Of a stretch of DNA of 57,777 bases, positions 1-9,494 are shown in pieces; the stretch's first letter is position 1, and each line of letters begins with the position of its first letter. This DNA is from an uncultured bacterium. GTDB taxonomy: Bacteria; CALINM01. A program made the position numbers and the translations under genes. The stretch is from contig CALINM010000010.1 of assembly GCA_938045315.1 (NCBI GenBank), forward strand, positions 1 to 57,777, written 5' to 3'. The notes below the pieces were generated by a model. It was not told the origin of the DNA. It saw only the letters and a program-made list of their open reading frames with translations, and searched no databases.

Positions 1-136
1 GTCATGTCTTTTGTAATCATTTTCCACTCCTTTTTTTATTTATATTATAAACTATATTTAGCGAAAATAACAGACAAAAAATAGGGTCTATTTTTTGAAT
101 AAATAAATTGCTAAAATATAGAAAAAGGGGTTTACT

Positions 137-1042
137 ATGGAAAATATTCAGAAGGATATTGAAAAAATAAAGAAGGAAAAAAAGGCGATAATACTTGCGC
201 ATAACTATCAGAGACCAGAGGTGCAAGATATAGCTGATTTTGTAGGGGACTCCTTAGAGTTGAGCACAAAGGCAAAGGATACAAATGCACAAATTATTAT
301 TTTTTGTGGCGTCCATTTCATGGCAGAAACAGCAAAAATTTTATCTCCAGAAAAAAAGGTTATATTACCAAGAATGGACGCAGGATGTCCTATGGCAGAC
401 ATGGTTACCAGTGATGGGCTATTAGAGCTTAAAAATCAATACCCCGATTATAAAGTCGTTACATATGTTAATTCAACGGCAGATGTAAAGGCGTTGAGCG
501 ACTCCTGCTGTACATCTTCAAATGCCATAAACATTGTAAGAAATATTGATTCTCAAAAGATAATTTTTGTTCCCGATAGAAATCTTGCTCATTATGTTTC
601 AAGATTTGTAAAAAAAGATATTATACCCTGGCAGGGTTTTTGTCCTACCCATGAAAGATTAGAGGTAAAAGACATTCTTGAAAAGAAAAAAAATAATCCA
701 GAAGCAAAGGTTCTTGTTCATCCCGAATGCAAGCCAGAAGTCATTGATATTGCTGATAGGGCACTAAGTACCTCTGGAATAATAAAGTATTGCCATGAAG
801 ATATTAGTAATACGTTTATTATTGGTACGGAAATGGGAATATTGCATAGATTGCAGAAAGAAAATCCAGAAAAAAAATTCATTCTAGCTTCTGAAAGACT
901 TGTGTGCCCTAACATGAAGCTTACACGATTAGAAGATGTTTATAAAGCTTTGATTGATGAAGATTGTATTATTGAACTAAGTGTAGATGTAATCAAGAAG
1001 GCTAAAAAAGCTTTATTAAATATGTACAGATTAAATTATTAA
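137..1042 (+). CDS. nadA: quinolinate synthase NadA
   Basis: 301-aa ORF. The N-terminus AIILAHNYQRPEVQDIADFVGDSLELS and later Cys motifs (GCPMA, HPEC) are typical of NadA. A purine-rich AAAGGGG run lies upstream of the ATG. Confidence 0.9.
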   Translation: MENIQKDIEKIKKEKKAIILAHNYQRPEVQDIADFVGDSLELSTKAKDTNAQIIIFCGVHFMAETAKILSPEKKVILPRMDAGCPMADMVTSDGLLELKNQYPDYKVVTYVNSTADVKALSDSCCTSSNAINIVRNIDSQKIIFVPDRNLAHYVSRFVKKDIIPWQGFCPTHERLEVKDILEKKKNNPEAKVLVHPECKPEVIDIADRALSTSGIIKYCHEDISNTFIIGTEMGILHRLQKENPEKKFILASERLVCPNMKLTRLEDVYKALIDEDCIIELSVDVIKKAKKALLNMYRLNY

Positions 1043-1137
1043 CTGACCCCCCTATTTAATCCACCTAATCAATGGGAAAAATAATAAATACTAATCAAAC
1101 CCAAAAAAAATTTCTAACTATATGTATTTAAGTTCAA

Positions 1138-1221
1138 TGCCGGAGGCGAGAATCGAACTCGCACGAGGTTGCCCTCACTGGATTTTGAGTCCAGCGCGTC
1201 TGCCAGTTCCACCACTCCGGC
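1138..1221 (-). tRNA. tRNA-Leu (anticodon CAA)
   Basis: The reverse complement reads GCCGGAGTGGTGGAACTGGCAGACGCGCTGGACTCAAAATCCAGTGAGGGCAACCTCGTGCGAGTTCGATTCTCGCCTCCGGCA. It has a 7-bp acceptor stem, the anticodon stem-loop CTGGA-CTCAAAA-TCCAG, a long variable arm and a GTTCGATTC T-loop. Confidence 0.9.
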
Positions 1222-1254
1222 TGTTTTTGAATATTCAAACATATAATTTTTTTT

Positions 1255-1283
1255 TTGTCAATACTCACATAATTTAGTATTAT
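1255..1283 (+). promoter_or_regulatory. sigma70-type promoter candidate for gatCAB
   Basis: TTGTCA, 17 nt, then TATTAT, ending 40 nt upstream of the gatC GTG. The -35 is palindromic with a TTGACA on the other strand that faces tRNA-Leu. Confidence 0.4.
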
Positions 1284-1322
1284 ATTCAAATATTATTTTA
1301 AGCTTAAAAAGGGGGAATATTT

Positions 1323-1613
1323 GTGGCTGAAATAAATAAAGACTTAGTCAAATATATAGCAGCACTTGCAAGATTAGAGTTTGACGAAGAAGAATTAGAT
1401 GATTTTACTGAAAAATTTAAAAATATTCTTGATTATGTAGAACAACTCAAAGAGCTTAATGTAGATAACGTTGCACCCACTTATCATATAAATTTTAATT
1501 ATAATGCCATGAGAGAAGATGAGGTAAGAGAATCTCTTGAAATATCTCAGGTTTTGAGAAATGCACCGGACAAAAAAGAGGGTTTTTTCAAAGTTCCAAG
1601 GGTACTGGAGTAA
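1323..1613 (+). CDS. gatC: Asp/Glu-tRNA amidotransferase subunit C
   Basis: 96-aa ORF with a GTG start after a [37 protein letters not shown] is the classic GatC motif, and gatA and gatB follow. Confidence 0.9.
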   Translation: MAEINKDLVKYIAALARLEFDEEELDDFTEKFKNILDYVEQLKELNVDNVAPTYHINFNYNAMREDEVRESLEISQVLRNAPDKKEGFFKVPRVLE

Positions 1614-1617
1614 AAAT

Positions 1618-3081
1618 ATGAATATAAAGAAGCTAAATACAATTGAAATCAAAAACTCCATAGAAAATAGAGAAATTAAAGCGCAGGAAATAGCTGAATA
1701 TTATCTTAAAAGGGCAATTTCCCTGCAAGAAAAAACCAATGCATTCATAACACTCGATGAAGAAAACATACTTAAACAGGCAAAGGATATCGATAATCAA
1801 GTAGAAAAAGGTTTTAAGGGTAAACTAACCGGCGTCCCTATTGCCATAAAAGATAATATCTGTACAAAAGGTTTAAGAACTACATGCGCCTCTAAAATAC
1901 TCTCAAACTTTGTACCACCATATGATGCTACGGTCATAGAAAATCTCAAAAAAGAAGGTGCTATTATTTTTGGAAAAACAAACATGGATGAGTTTGCAAT
2001 GGGATCTTCTAATGAGACATCTTATTTCGGTCCAGTAAAGAACCCGTGGGATATGGAAAGAATACCGGGTGGTAGTAGTGGTGGTTCTGCCGTTGCAGTA
2101 TCCGCGATTTTAGCACCTGCATCATTAGGGAGTGACACAGGAGGGTCAATAAGACAACCAGCATCATTGTGTGGTGTTGTTGGTATGAAACCAACATACG
2201 GTAGAATCAGTAGATATGGGCTTATAGCCTTTGGTTCTTCTCTTGACCAAATTGGTCCTTTTGCAAGATCGATTGAAGATTGCGCTTTAATACTTGAGGT
2301 TATTTCTAAATATGATCCCAGGGACTCAACATCCATAAATTTAAAGACACCAGAATATTTAAAAAATTTAAACGAAGATATCAGGGGCCTTAAAATTGGG
2401 GTTCCCAAGGAATATTTTATTGATGGAGTAGAAGAGGACATTATAAAAGGCATTAATGATGCAGTTGAAATATTAAAAAAACTGGGGGCTGAGATACGAG
2501 AAATTAGTCTACCCCATACAAAATATGGTATTGCAGTTTATTATCTTATAGCAACAGCAGAAGCAAGCTCAAACCTGGCAAGATATGATGGAGTAAAATA
2601 TGGCTTTCGCGCTGAAAATGTAAAAGATCTTAAAGAGATGTATATAAAGACAAAAAAAGAAGGTTTTGGAGAAGAAGTAAAAAGAAGAATAATGCTTGGT
2701 ACTTTTTCTTTAGCATCGGGATATTATGATGCCTATTACAAAAAGGCAAGTAAAGTGCGGACTTTAATTAAAAACGATTTTGTTAATGCCTTTGAAAAGG
2801 TAGATGTCATCCTATGCCCCACTTCTCCAACAACAGCATTTAAGATCGGGGAAAAAACTAACGATCCCATACAGATGTATCTATCAGACATTTTTACAAT
2901 TAATGTTAACTTGGCAGGTATCCCAGCCATATCAGTGCCCTGTGGATTTGATAAAAAGGGATTGCCAATAGGTATGCAAATAATAGGTAATTATTTTGAA
3001 GAACAAGTGATACTAAATGCCTCCTATGCTTATGAAAAAGCTGTTGGAGGATTTAAATTTAGCCCCTTTCAGGAGGAATAA
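1618..3081 (+). CDS. gatA: Asp/Glu-tRNA amidotransferase subunit A
   Basis: Amidase signature [12 protein letters not shown] plus [10 protein letters not shown]. The start is set at ATG 1618 (MNIKKLN), 4 nt after the gatC stop. The ORF-track start at 1561 overlaps gatC. Confidence 0.9.
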   Translation: MNIKKLNTIEIKNSIENREIKAQEIAEYYLKRAISLQEKTNAFITLDEENILKQAKDIDNQVEKGFKGKLTGVPIAIKDNICTKGLRTTCASKILSNFVPPYDATVIENLKKEGAIIFGKTNMDEFAMGSSNETSYFGPVKNPWDMERIPGGSSGGSAVAVSAILAPASLGSDTGGSIRQPASLCGVVGMKPTYGRISRYGLIAFGSSLDQIGPFARSIEDCALILEVISKYDPRDSTSINLKTPEYLKNLNEDIRGLKIGVPKEYFIDGVEEDIIKGINDAVEILKKLGAEIREISLPHTKYGIAVYYLIATAEASSNLARYDGVKYGFRAENVKDLKEMYIKTKKEGFGEEVKRRIMLGTFSLASGYYDAYYKKASKVRTLIKNDFVNAFEKVDVILCPTSPTTAFKIGEKTNDPIQMYLSDIFTINVNLAGIPAISVPCGFDKKGLPIGMQIIGNYFEEQVILNASYAYEKAVGGFKFSPFQEE

Positions 3082-4533
3082 ATGGAATTTGAAGCTGTAA
3101 TAGGACTTGAAGTTCATGCTCAACTTCTAACGAAATCAAAAATTTTTTGTGGTTGTTCGACTCAATTTGGTTCTACCCCAAACTCTCAAACATGTCCTGT
3201 ATGCTTAGGGATGCCAGGGGTACTACCTGTTTTAAATAGAAAAGTTGTAGATTTTGCTATAATGTTAGGGCTTGCAACAAACAGCACAATTAATAAAAAC
3301 AGTTACTTTGCAAGAAAAAATTATTTTTATCCCGATTTACCAAAGGGGTATCAGATTTCTCAATACGAACTACCTATCTGTAGTAACGGGCATCTAATTA
3401 TTAAAACAAAGGACGGTGAAAAAAAGATTGGTATAACCAGAATTCATATGGAAGAAGATGCTGGTAAACTTATACATGAAGGAACTTATAGTTTAGTTGA
3501 TCTAAATAGAACGGGCACACCGCTTCTTGAAATAGTTAGTGAACCTGATATGAGGTCGCCAGAAGAAGCAGTAGCTTATCTTAAAGAATTAAGGCAGATT
3601 TTACTTTATCTCGGTATTTGTGATGGTAACATGGAAGAAGGTAGTTTTAGATGCGATGCGAATGTTTCTGTTAGAAAAAAGGGTGATAATAAGTTAGGAA
3701 TTAAAACAGAGCTAAAAAATATTAACTCCTTCAGGTTTATACAGAGGGCTTTAGAATATGAAATAGAAAGACAGATTGACATTATCGAATCGGGGAATAC
3801 AATTATTCAAGAGACGCGCCTTTTTGATTCATCTAAAGGCATAACAATTCCAATGAGGTCAAAGGAAGAAGCTCATGATTATAGATATTTTCCAGAGCCA
3901 GATCTCATGCCTGTTTTTATTGACGATGCCCATATAGAAAATATTAAAAACTTTCTACCCGAATTGCCCTATCAAAAAATACTCAGGTTCAGGGAACAAT
4001 ATGGTCTACCTGAATATGATATTGATATTTTAACTAACGAAAAAGAAGTTGCGGACTTTTATGAAAAATGTCTCTCTTTATATAATAATCCAAAAGCACT
4101 TAGCAATTTTTTTATGACTGAGCTACTAAAAGAATTAAATGAACGTAAGTGTAAGATAGGGGATACAAAACTTAACGCAGAAAATATTGTAGAAATCTTC
4201 AAATTGCTGGATGAGCAAAAGCTTAATTACAATGGTGCCAAGGCTCTTCTACCAAAAATTATAGACACTGGAAAATCTCCCTCAATTCTTTTGGAAGAAA
4301 TGGGTTTGATGCAGATTAGTGATACATCAACTCTTGAGAGTGTAATAATAGAAGTTTTAAAAAGCAACAAAAAAGAACTAAAAGAATACCTTTCAGGTAA
4401 GGATAAACTATTTGCTTTTTTTGTAGGCCAGGTAATGAAAAAAACTGGGGGCAAAGCAAATCCAAAAATTTTACAGGAACTTTTAAAAGAAAAACTTGCA
4501 AAAATAAGTATAGATGATGTTGACAATTTATAG
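3082..4533 (+). CDS. gatB: Asp/Glu-tRNA amidotransferase subunit B
   Basis: 483 aa. N-terminus [12 protein letters not shown]...KIFCGC, plus [15 protein letters not shown] and a C-terminal YqeY-like tail. The ATG abuts the gatA stop. Confidence 0.92.
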   Translation: MEFEAVIGLEVHAQLLTKSKIFCGCSTQFGSTPNSQTCPVCLGMPGVLPVLNRKVVDFAIMLGLATNSTINKNSYFARKNYFYPDLPKGYQISQYELPICSNGHLIIKTKDGEKKIGITRIHMEEDAGKLIHEGTYSLVDLNRTGTPLLEIVSEPDMRSPEEAVAYLKELRQILLYLGICDGNMEEGSFRCDANVSVRKKGDNKLGIKTELKNINSFRFIQRALEYEIERQIDIIESGNTIIQETRLFDSSKGITIPMRSKEEAHDYRYFPEPDLMPVFIDDAHIENIKNFLPELPYQKILRFREQYGLPEYDIDILTNEKEVADFYEKCLSLYNNPKALSNFFMTELLKELNERKCKIGDTKLNAENIVEIFKLLDEQKLNYNGAKALLPKIIDTGKSPSILLEEMGLMQISDTSTLESVIIEVLKSNKKELKEYLSGKDKLFAFFVGQVMKKTGGKANPKILQELLKEKLAKISIDDVDNL

Positions 4534-4554
4534 TCATAAAAGTAAACTACCTTT

Positions 4555-4935
4555 ATGAAAGTAAAAAATATTTTAGTTGTAGAAGATGAACCAGACACCC
4601 GATGGGGAATATGTCATTACTTGAAAAAAGAGGGTTTTTTAGCCTTTGAAGCTGAAAATGGGCTTGTGGCAAAAGAAATTCTGCAAAAAGAGAAAATAGA
4701 CGTAATTTTATCAGATCTTAAAATGCCAAAAATGGACGGTGCTGAACTTTTAAAATATTGTAAGGAAAACAATATTTCAGCTACATTTATAATGATGACT
4801 GCTTATGGTGATTGTCAGAGTTACTGTGATATTATGTCTCTTGGCGCTTATGAATATATGAATAAGCCTGTTCTACTGGAAGAAATTATCAATCTTCTTA
4901 AAAAAATAGAGAGAGAAGACAATGAAAGAGATTAG
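4555..4935 (+). CDS. single-domain response regulator (CheY-like receiver)
   Basis: 126 aa. ILVVEDEPD acidic pocket, phospho-acceptor context VILSDLKMPKMDG, and no output domain. Confidence 0.8.
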   Translation: MKVKNILVVEDEPDTRWGICHYLKKEGFLAFEAENGLVAKEILQKEKIDVILSDLKMPKMDGAELLKYCKENNISATFIMMTAYGDCQSYCDIMSLGAYEYMNKPVLLEEIINLLKKIEREDNERD

Positions 4936-5947
4936 AAAAGACCCTTTTACAGGTCACTGGGTTGTTTTTAATTCTGCTCTAAGAGACAAAATTTTTGAAT
5001 TCTGGAAAGACAGACATTATGAAACTCCAAAAATAGAAAAATGTAGCTTTTGTGAAGGCAATGAATCGGAGACACCCAGTGAAACCATGGCTTATAGACA
5101 TTCGGGGACGCAATCAAACAAACCGGGTTGGTGGATTAGAATTTTTGAAAACAAAGGAGCAGTATTACAACCAGATGAAGATTTAGATAGACATCCAATC
5201 GGCATGTATGATGTAACTACTGGATTTGGTATTCACGAAATTATTGTTGAAACACCAAAACATTTAACTCAACTGGAAGAGCTACCATTCGGGCAGGTAA
5301 GAGATGTTCTTTGGGCTTTTAAAGAAAGAATTTCAGCTTTAAAAAAGGATCCCAGATTGAAGTATGTAACTATATTTAAGAATTTTGGTCTCGGTACTTT
5401 TGGCAGCATGGAGCACAGCCATTCTCAGCTACTTGCAACTCCTATAATACCACGTAAAATAAAAGATGAATTAATGCAGTCAAAAGATTATTATCAAGAT
5501 AAAGAAAGATGTCTTTTTTGTGATGTTATAAAACAAGAATCAAGGATGAAAGAAAGGGTTATTTTTGAAACTGATAATATGATTGTTATAAGCCCTTTTG
5601 CCGCCCTATCGCCTTATGAAATGTTCATTCTGCCTAAAAAACATAACCATCTTTTTGAAGAAATTAACCCCCCAGAGGCAAATGATTTAACTGATACCGT
5701 CATTATTGCTTTAAAAAAGTTAGCCAAGCTTTTATCTGTGCCACCATATACTTTAACCGTTCATACAGCACCAAACCTTATTAATAGACCTGGATACTGG
5801 AGTACCATTATGTTTGACTTCCACTGGCATATTGAAATTTCTCCAAGATTATATCGTATGTCTGGACTGGAGTGGGGAACGGGTTTTTTCTTTAACCCAA
5901 TTTTACCTGAGATTGCAGCTGAAGAACTTAAAAATACAGTGATCTAA
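4922..5947 (+). CDS. GalT-family (HIT superfamily) hexose-1-phosphate nucleotidyltransferase / ADP-glucose phosphorylase-like protein
   Basis: 341 aa. N-terminal DPFTGHWVV, zinc knuckle CSFCEGNE and active-site HSHSQ (HxHxQ) match the GalT family. It overlaps the receiver gene by 14 nt. Confidence 0.75.
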   Translation: MKEIRKDPFTGHWVVFNSALRDKIFEFWKDRHYETPKIEKCSFCEGNESETPSETMAYRHSGTQSNKPGWWIRIFENKGAVLQPDEDLDRHPIGMYDVTTGFGIHEIIVETPKHLTQLEELPFGQVRDVLWAFKERISALKKDPRLKYVTIFKNFGLGTFGSMEHSHSQLLATPIIPRKIKDELMQSKDYYQDKERCLFCDVIKQESRMKERVIFETDNMIVISPFAALSPYEMFILPKKHNHLFEEINPPEANDLTDTVIIALKKLAKLLSVPPYTLTVHTAPNLINRPGYWSTIMFDFHWHIEISPRLYRMSGLEWGTGFFFNPILPEIAAEELKNTVI

Positions 5948-5961
5948 AAAGGAGGAAAAAA

Positions 5962-6408
5962 ATGAGTTTTAAAAAAATATTATGCCCCATTGATTTTTCA
6001 GAATACTCTTATGATGCCCTTGAGTTTGCTAAAACCCTTTCTAAAAATTTTAATTCTAAACTTTATGTTGTTCATATTATATATGAGCCTGCAGATTTTA
6101 CAGGTTTCTATGTTCCCCATATTTCCTTTGACAAAATACGCTCAGAAATAGAGTCAGGTGCAAAAAAGATTATGGAAGAACTAAAAGAAAAAAAGCTTCA
6201 AGATTTACCTGGTGCAGAAACAATGATTATTTTTGGAAGTCCTGCTGAAGAGATTGTCAGATTTGCCAAGGATAAAGAAGTTGATTTAATTGTTATCGGT
6301 AGCCAAGGTAAAAAGGGTATTGAAAAAATGGTTTTTGGTAGCACTGCTGAAAAGGTTGTAAAAAAATCTAATTGTCCAGTTTTAGTAATTAAACCTAAAG
6401 GGGCATAA
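5962..6408 (+). CDS. universal stress protein (UspA family)
   Basis: 148 aa. KILCPIDFSEYS at the N-terminus and GSQGKKGIEKMVFGSTAEKVVKKSNCPVLVI at the C-terminus (ATP-binding USP motif). An AAAGGAGG SD is present. Confidence 0.85.
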   Translation: MSFKKILCPIDFSEYSYDALEFAKTLSKNFNSKLYVVHIIYEPADFTGFYVPHISFDKIRSEIESGAKKIMEELKEKKLQDLPGAETMIIFGSPAEEIVRFAKDKEVDLIVIGSQGKKGIEKMVFGSTAEKVVKKSNCPVLVIKPKGA

Positions 6409-8375
6409 TGAATATAAAATTAGATACCCATAAAGTTAAATTTTGTATTGCGGGAATAATTGCTGGCCTATGCGCGCCCATGGGATGGATATTCATATCA
6501 CTTATTGCTTTTAGAGCACCTCAGGAAAGTATTTTAGATTATTTGTTTAATTTCTTTTTACAAAACTATAATTTATCTTTAATTTTTTATTTTTCTACTT
6601 CGATTTTTGTTCTTGGAACTCTCGGTTATCTTATTGGTAAAACAAGAGATAATCTACTGGAAAAACATTTAGAATTACAGAAAAGTAAGGAGGAAATTCA
6701 GAAAAGAGAATTTGAGTATAAAACAACCCTCGATAATCTTAGAATAAAAACAAATAAACTTTTAGAAGCAAGCAAAAAAATTCAATCTTCTGGCTCTATT
6801 TATGAGGCACTTGACGAAGTTGGTAAATGCGCTTATGAAATTCTCGAATTTGACCGTGTAAATATACTGATGATTGACGAAAGGGGTGAAAAAATTAAAT
6901 GTGTAGTATCTTATGGTACTAAAGATTCCATTGAAAAAATCTGGGTACCCAATTCACCAGAAGGTGGCCTTTTATATAGAGCAATTCACGAAAATAAAAT
7001 ATACATTGTAAAAAATATACATGATCTTCCAGAAGATTTTGTATTACAACCACCATATAGTAATGTGGAGGCATTCAGGACCAAATCTTTTTTCTGCTTA
7101 CCCTTTCATAGACTGGGCATACCTGTGGGAGTTATAAATGTTGATAATAAGTATAAAAAGAAAATTGCTTCAGAAGATGAACTTGCAGTTTTGTCGCTTC
7201 TTGCACAACAAGTTTCCCAGGCTATAACAAATCTTTATTTTATAGAGAGCATTAATAAGCTTTCCATAGAATTGGAAAAAACTTTTAGCTCCATTTTAGA
7301 ACAAAGGGAAAAACAAAAAGAAATTTTTAACAAATTTTCTCTTACGATTAATGAAATAAACGCTAATTACTCCTACTTATCGGAGAGTATGCATAATCTT
7401 TTCCATTCCCTTGAAAGAAGTGTTGCCTCAACAACACAGATACACTCTTCCATTTCAGAAACATCTACAGCTCTTAAAGGGCTTTATAAATCAGCGGAAG
7501 AACTGGCTACAACAGCTTTTGAAATGAGGGAACTTGCTCAAGAAATATCAAATAATACTAAAGAAAGTCTGGAAAGCAGTATAAAGCTTAGTGATGCTGC
7601 TCACGAAGGAAATGCAATTGTTAATAGTATTTATGATTTTATAGAAAATGTTAGAAATACTCTTACAGTCTCAAAAGAAGTTTTTGAGAAATTCAGTAAT
7701 ACTATACAAGGTGTATACCAAATTGTACTTACTATTACAACCATAACGGAACAAACAAACTTACTATCTCTTAATGCATCCATTATTGCCTCTCAAGCTG
7801 GTGAATATGGGAAACCATTTTTTGTTGTTGCAAACGAAATTAAATCTTTATCAGAAAGAACTAAGTTTTCTGCTAAGGAAATTAAGACAATAGTTGATGA
7901 ATTGAAAAAAGATTCTGAAGAAGTATTGTCTATTATTGAAAAAACTTATTCCATGCTTGAACAGGGTATTTCTATGGCAACCAAGTCAAGAAATATTTAT
8001 AACGAACTACAAAAAGTAGCTTTAAATTCAAAAGAATTAACGGAAAAAATAGAAAAAGCCGTTTCAGAACAACTTGTAGGGATTAGCTATATTTCTAAAG
8101 CAACGGATGAAATACGGGATGCAACCAGAAAAATATCAAATGCTGCTGAAGAACAGGAAAAGGGTAGCAATCAAATAGTCAATGCAAATGAAGAAATAAG
8201 TGGATTAGCAAGTCAGATGGTAAAAGCCAACGACGATGAGGCAACAAGCATAAAAAACATAGTTAGCATGTTTCAGGATATAAATAACTTTATGAACTCC
8301 ATGTTTATCGAAATCAATTCCAAAAGTGAAGCAATAAATAAATTAATGAAAGAATTAACCATATTTTTTAAGTAG
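6408..8375 (+). CDS. methyl-accepting chemotaxis protein with a cytoplasmic GAF-like domain
   Basis: 655 aa. Two N-terminal hydrophobic segments, a GAF-like block (FDRVNILMIDE...CLPF...GVINVDN), then the MCP signalling hairpin TEQTNLLSLNASIIASQAGEYGKPFFVVANEIKSLSERT. Confidence 0.8.
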   Translation: MNIKLDTHKVKFCIAGIIAGLCAPMGWIFISLIAFRAPQESILDYLFNFFLQNYNLSLIFYFSTSIFVLGTLGYLIGKTRDNLLEKHLELQKSKEEIQKREFEYKTTLDNLRIKTNKLLEASKKIQSSGSIYEALDEVGKCAYEILEFDRVNILMIDERGEKIKCVVSYGTKDSIEKIWVPNSPEGGLLYRAIHENKIYIVKNIHDLPEDFVLQPPYSNVEAFRTKSFFCLPFHRLGIPVGVINVDNKYKKKIASEDELAVLSLLAQQVSQAITNLYFIESINKLSIELEKTFSSILEQREKQKEIFNKFSLTINEINANYSYLSESMHNLFHSLERSVASTTQIHSSISETSTALKGLYKSAEELATTAFEMRELAQEISNNTKESLESSIKLSDAAHEGNAIVNSIYDFIENVRNTLTVSKEVFEKFSNTIQGVYQIVLTITTITEQTNLLSLNASIIASQAGEYGKPFFVVANEIKSLSERTKFSAKEIKTIVDELKKDSEEVLSIIEKTYSMLEQGISMATKSRNIYNELQKVALNSKELTEKIEKAVSEQLVGISYISKATDEIRDATRKISNAAEEQEKGSNQIVNANEEISGLASQMVKANDDEATSIKNIVSMFQDINNFMNSMFIEINSKSEAINKLMKELTIFFK

Positions 8376-8381
8376 TGTGCC

Positions 8382-9494
8382 TTGAAAAAGAAAGTATTAA
8401 TTGTTGATGATGATTTTGAAATAGTCAATCTCCTAAGATTAGCATTAGAAAATAATAAATTTGATGTTTCAGCCTGTTATAATATTCAGGATGTGGAAAA
8501 AATAATTCTATGGGGCGTTGAAGCTGATGTAATTCTATTAGATTATTTCATGCCCCATGTGGATGGGTTATCAATAGCAAAAATGTTTTTAGAAGCTAAT
8601 ATCAAAGTACCAATTATCTTTTTTACTGCATCAGACACAGATTTTCTCCCCAAAAAACTTCCTGATAATATTGTGGATATAGTAAAAAAGCCCTTTGATA
8701 TTGATACACTTATCCAAAGTATAAACAAAATTATTAAAATAAAAAAATTTTTTTTGAATCAACATATTGAAAATAACAACAAAAATAATTTGATAGATAT
8801 TGAATCACCCCTTTTAGATAAAATACAGGACATTATTTTTACTGAAAAGGCTATAAGCTATAAGATGCTGCTTTCAAAACTTTCCCATGCAATAAAAAAC
8901 TCATTACAAACAATACTGAATTATACAGAATTATTAGAAAAGGGTTATATTGAAGATACTGACAGACAAAGATTTTTTGATATCATAAGAAAAAAAGCAA
9001 ACGAAATCAAATCTGCTCTTGATATATTAAAAAAACCAGAAATTTCCCTTTTAGAAGAAAGCTTTTCCCTTAAAACAGCTATTAAAAAAGTTTTAAATGA
9101 CTTAAAAGATAAATTTAAGGAAAAAGATATTTATATAAAACTCAATTTTCAGAAAAATCTACCCCTTTATTTCGGATATCGCTTAAATTTTTTTACTTTC
9201 TTTGGTAACCTTATTACAAAATCAATGGAATGCTACGAAAATAAAGGTCAACTTTTTGTTGATGTATATCTTCACCAACAAGCATACATTATTGATATAA
9301 AACTAATTGGTATTGTACCTTTTTGCGAAAATAAACTTCATATTTTTGATCCTACACAAAGTGAACAAGAAGGATTAGAAATGACAAAAGCGGTTCTTGC
9401 TTTGAAAGAAATGGGTGGAAAAATTCAAATTGAAGATATTGACAAGGGAATCATTTACCATATTCAGTTGCCCATGCGCAGTGCACATGTATAG
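8382..9494 (+). CDS. hybrid receiver-histidine kinase-like protein (REC + HisKA-like H-box, degenerate ATPase domain)
   Basis: 370 aa with a TTG start. REC motifs KVLIVDDD and ILLDYFMPHVDG, and an H-box-like LSHAIKNSLQTILNYTELL. The C-terminal region is HATPase-like, but I cannot see clear G1/G2 boxes. Confidence 0.65.
   Translation: MKKKVLIVDDDFEIVNLLRLALENNKFDVSACYNIQDVEKIILWGVEADVILLDYFMPHVDGLSIAKMFLEANIKVPIIFFTASDTDFLPKKLPDNIVDIVKKPFDIDTLIQSINKIIKIKKFFLNQHIENNNKNNLIDIESPLLDKIQDIIFTEKAISYKMLLSKLSHAIKNSLQTILNYTELLEKGYIEDTDRQRFFDIIRKKANEIKSALDILKKPEISLLEESFSLKTAIKKVLNDLKDKFKEKDIYIKLNFQKNLPLYFGYRLNFFTFFGNLITKSMECYENKGQLFVDVYLHQQAYIIDIKLIGIVPFCENKLHIFDPTQSEQEGLEMTKAVLALKEMGGKIQIEDIDKGIIYHIQLPMRSAHV

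Noticed and set aside
1-20. Possible start of a leftward gene (minus-strand AAAGGAG SD then ATG at 20, giving MITKDM...) running off the window edge
   Set aside because: Only 6 codons are visible, so neither the product nor the reality of the gene can be supported.
17-226. 69-aa minus-strand ORF overlapping the nadA promoter and 5' end
   Set aside because: It has a low-complexity, hydrophobic AT-rich translation, is antisense to nadA, and has no SD or family resemblance.
1561-1617. ORF-track N-terminal extension of gatA
   Set aside because: It overlaps the gatC coding region. The canonical GatA N-terminus begins at ATG 1618, right after the gatC stop.
9415-9486. GTG-initiated extension of the COG2509 flavoprotein ORF
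   Set aside because: It overlaps the upstream kinase-like gene by 80 nt, and the extension is not family-like.
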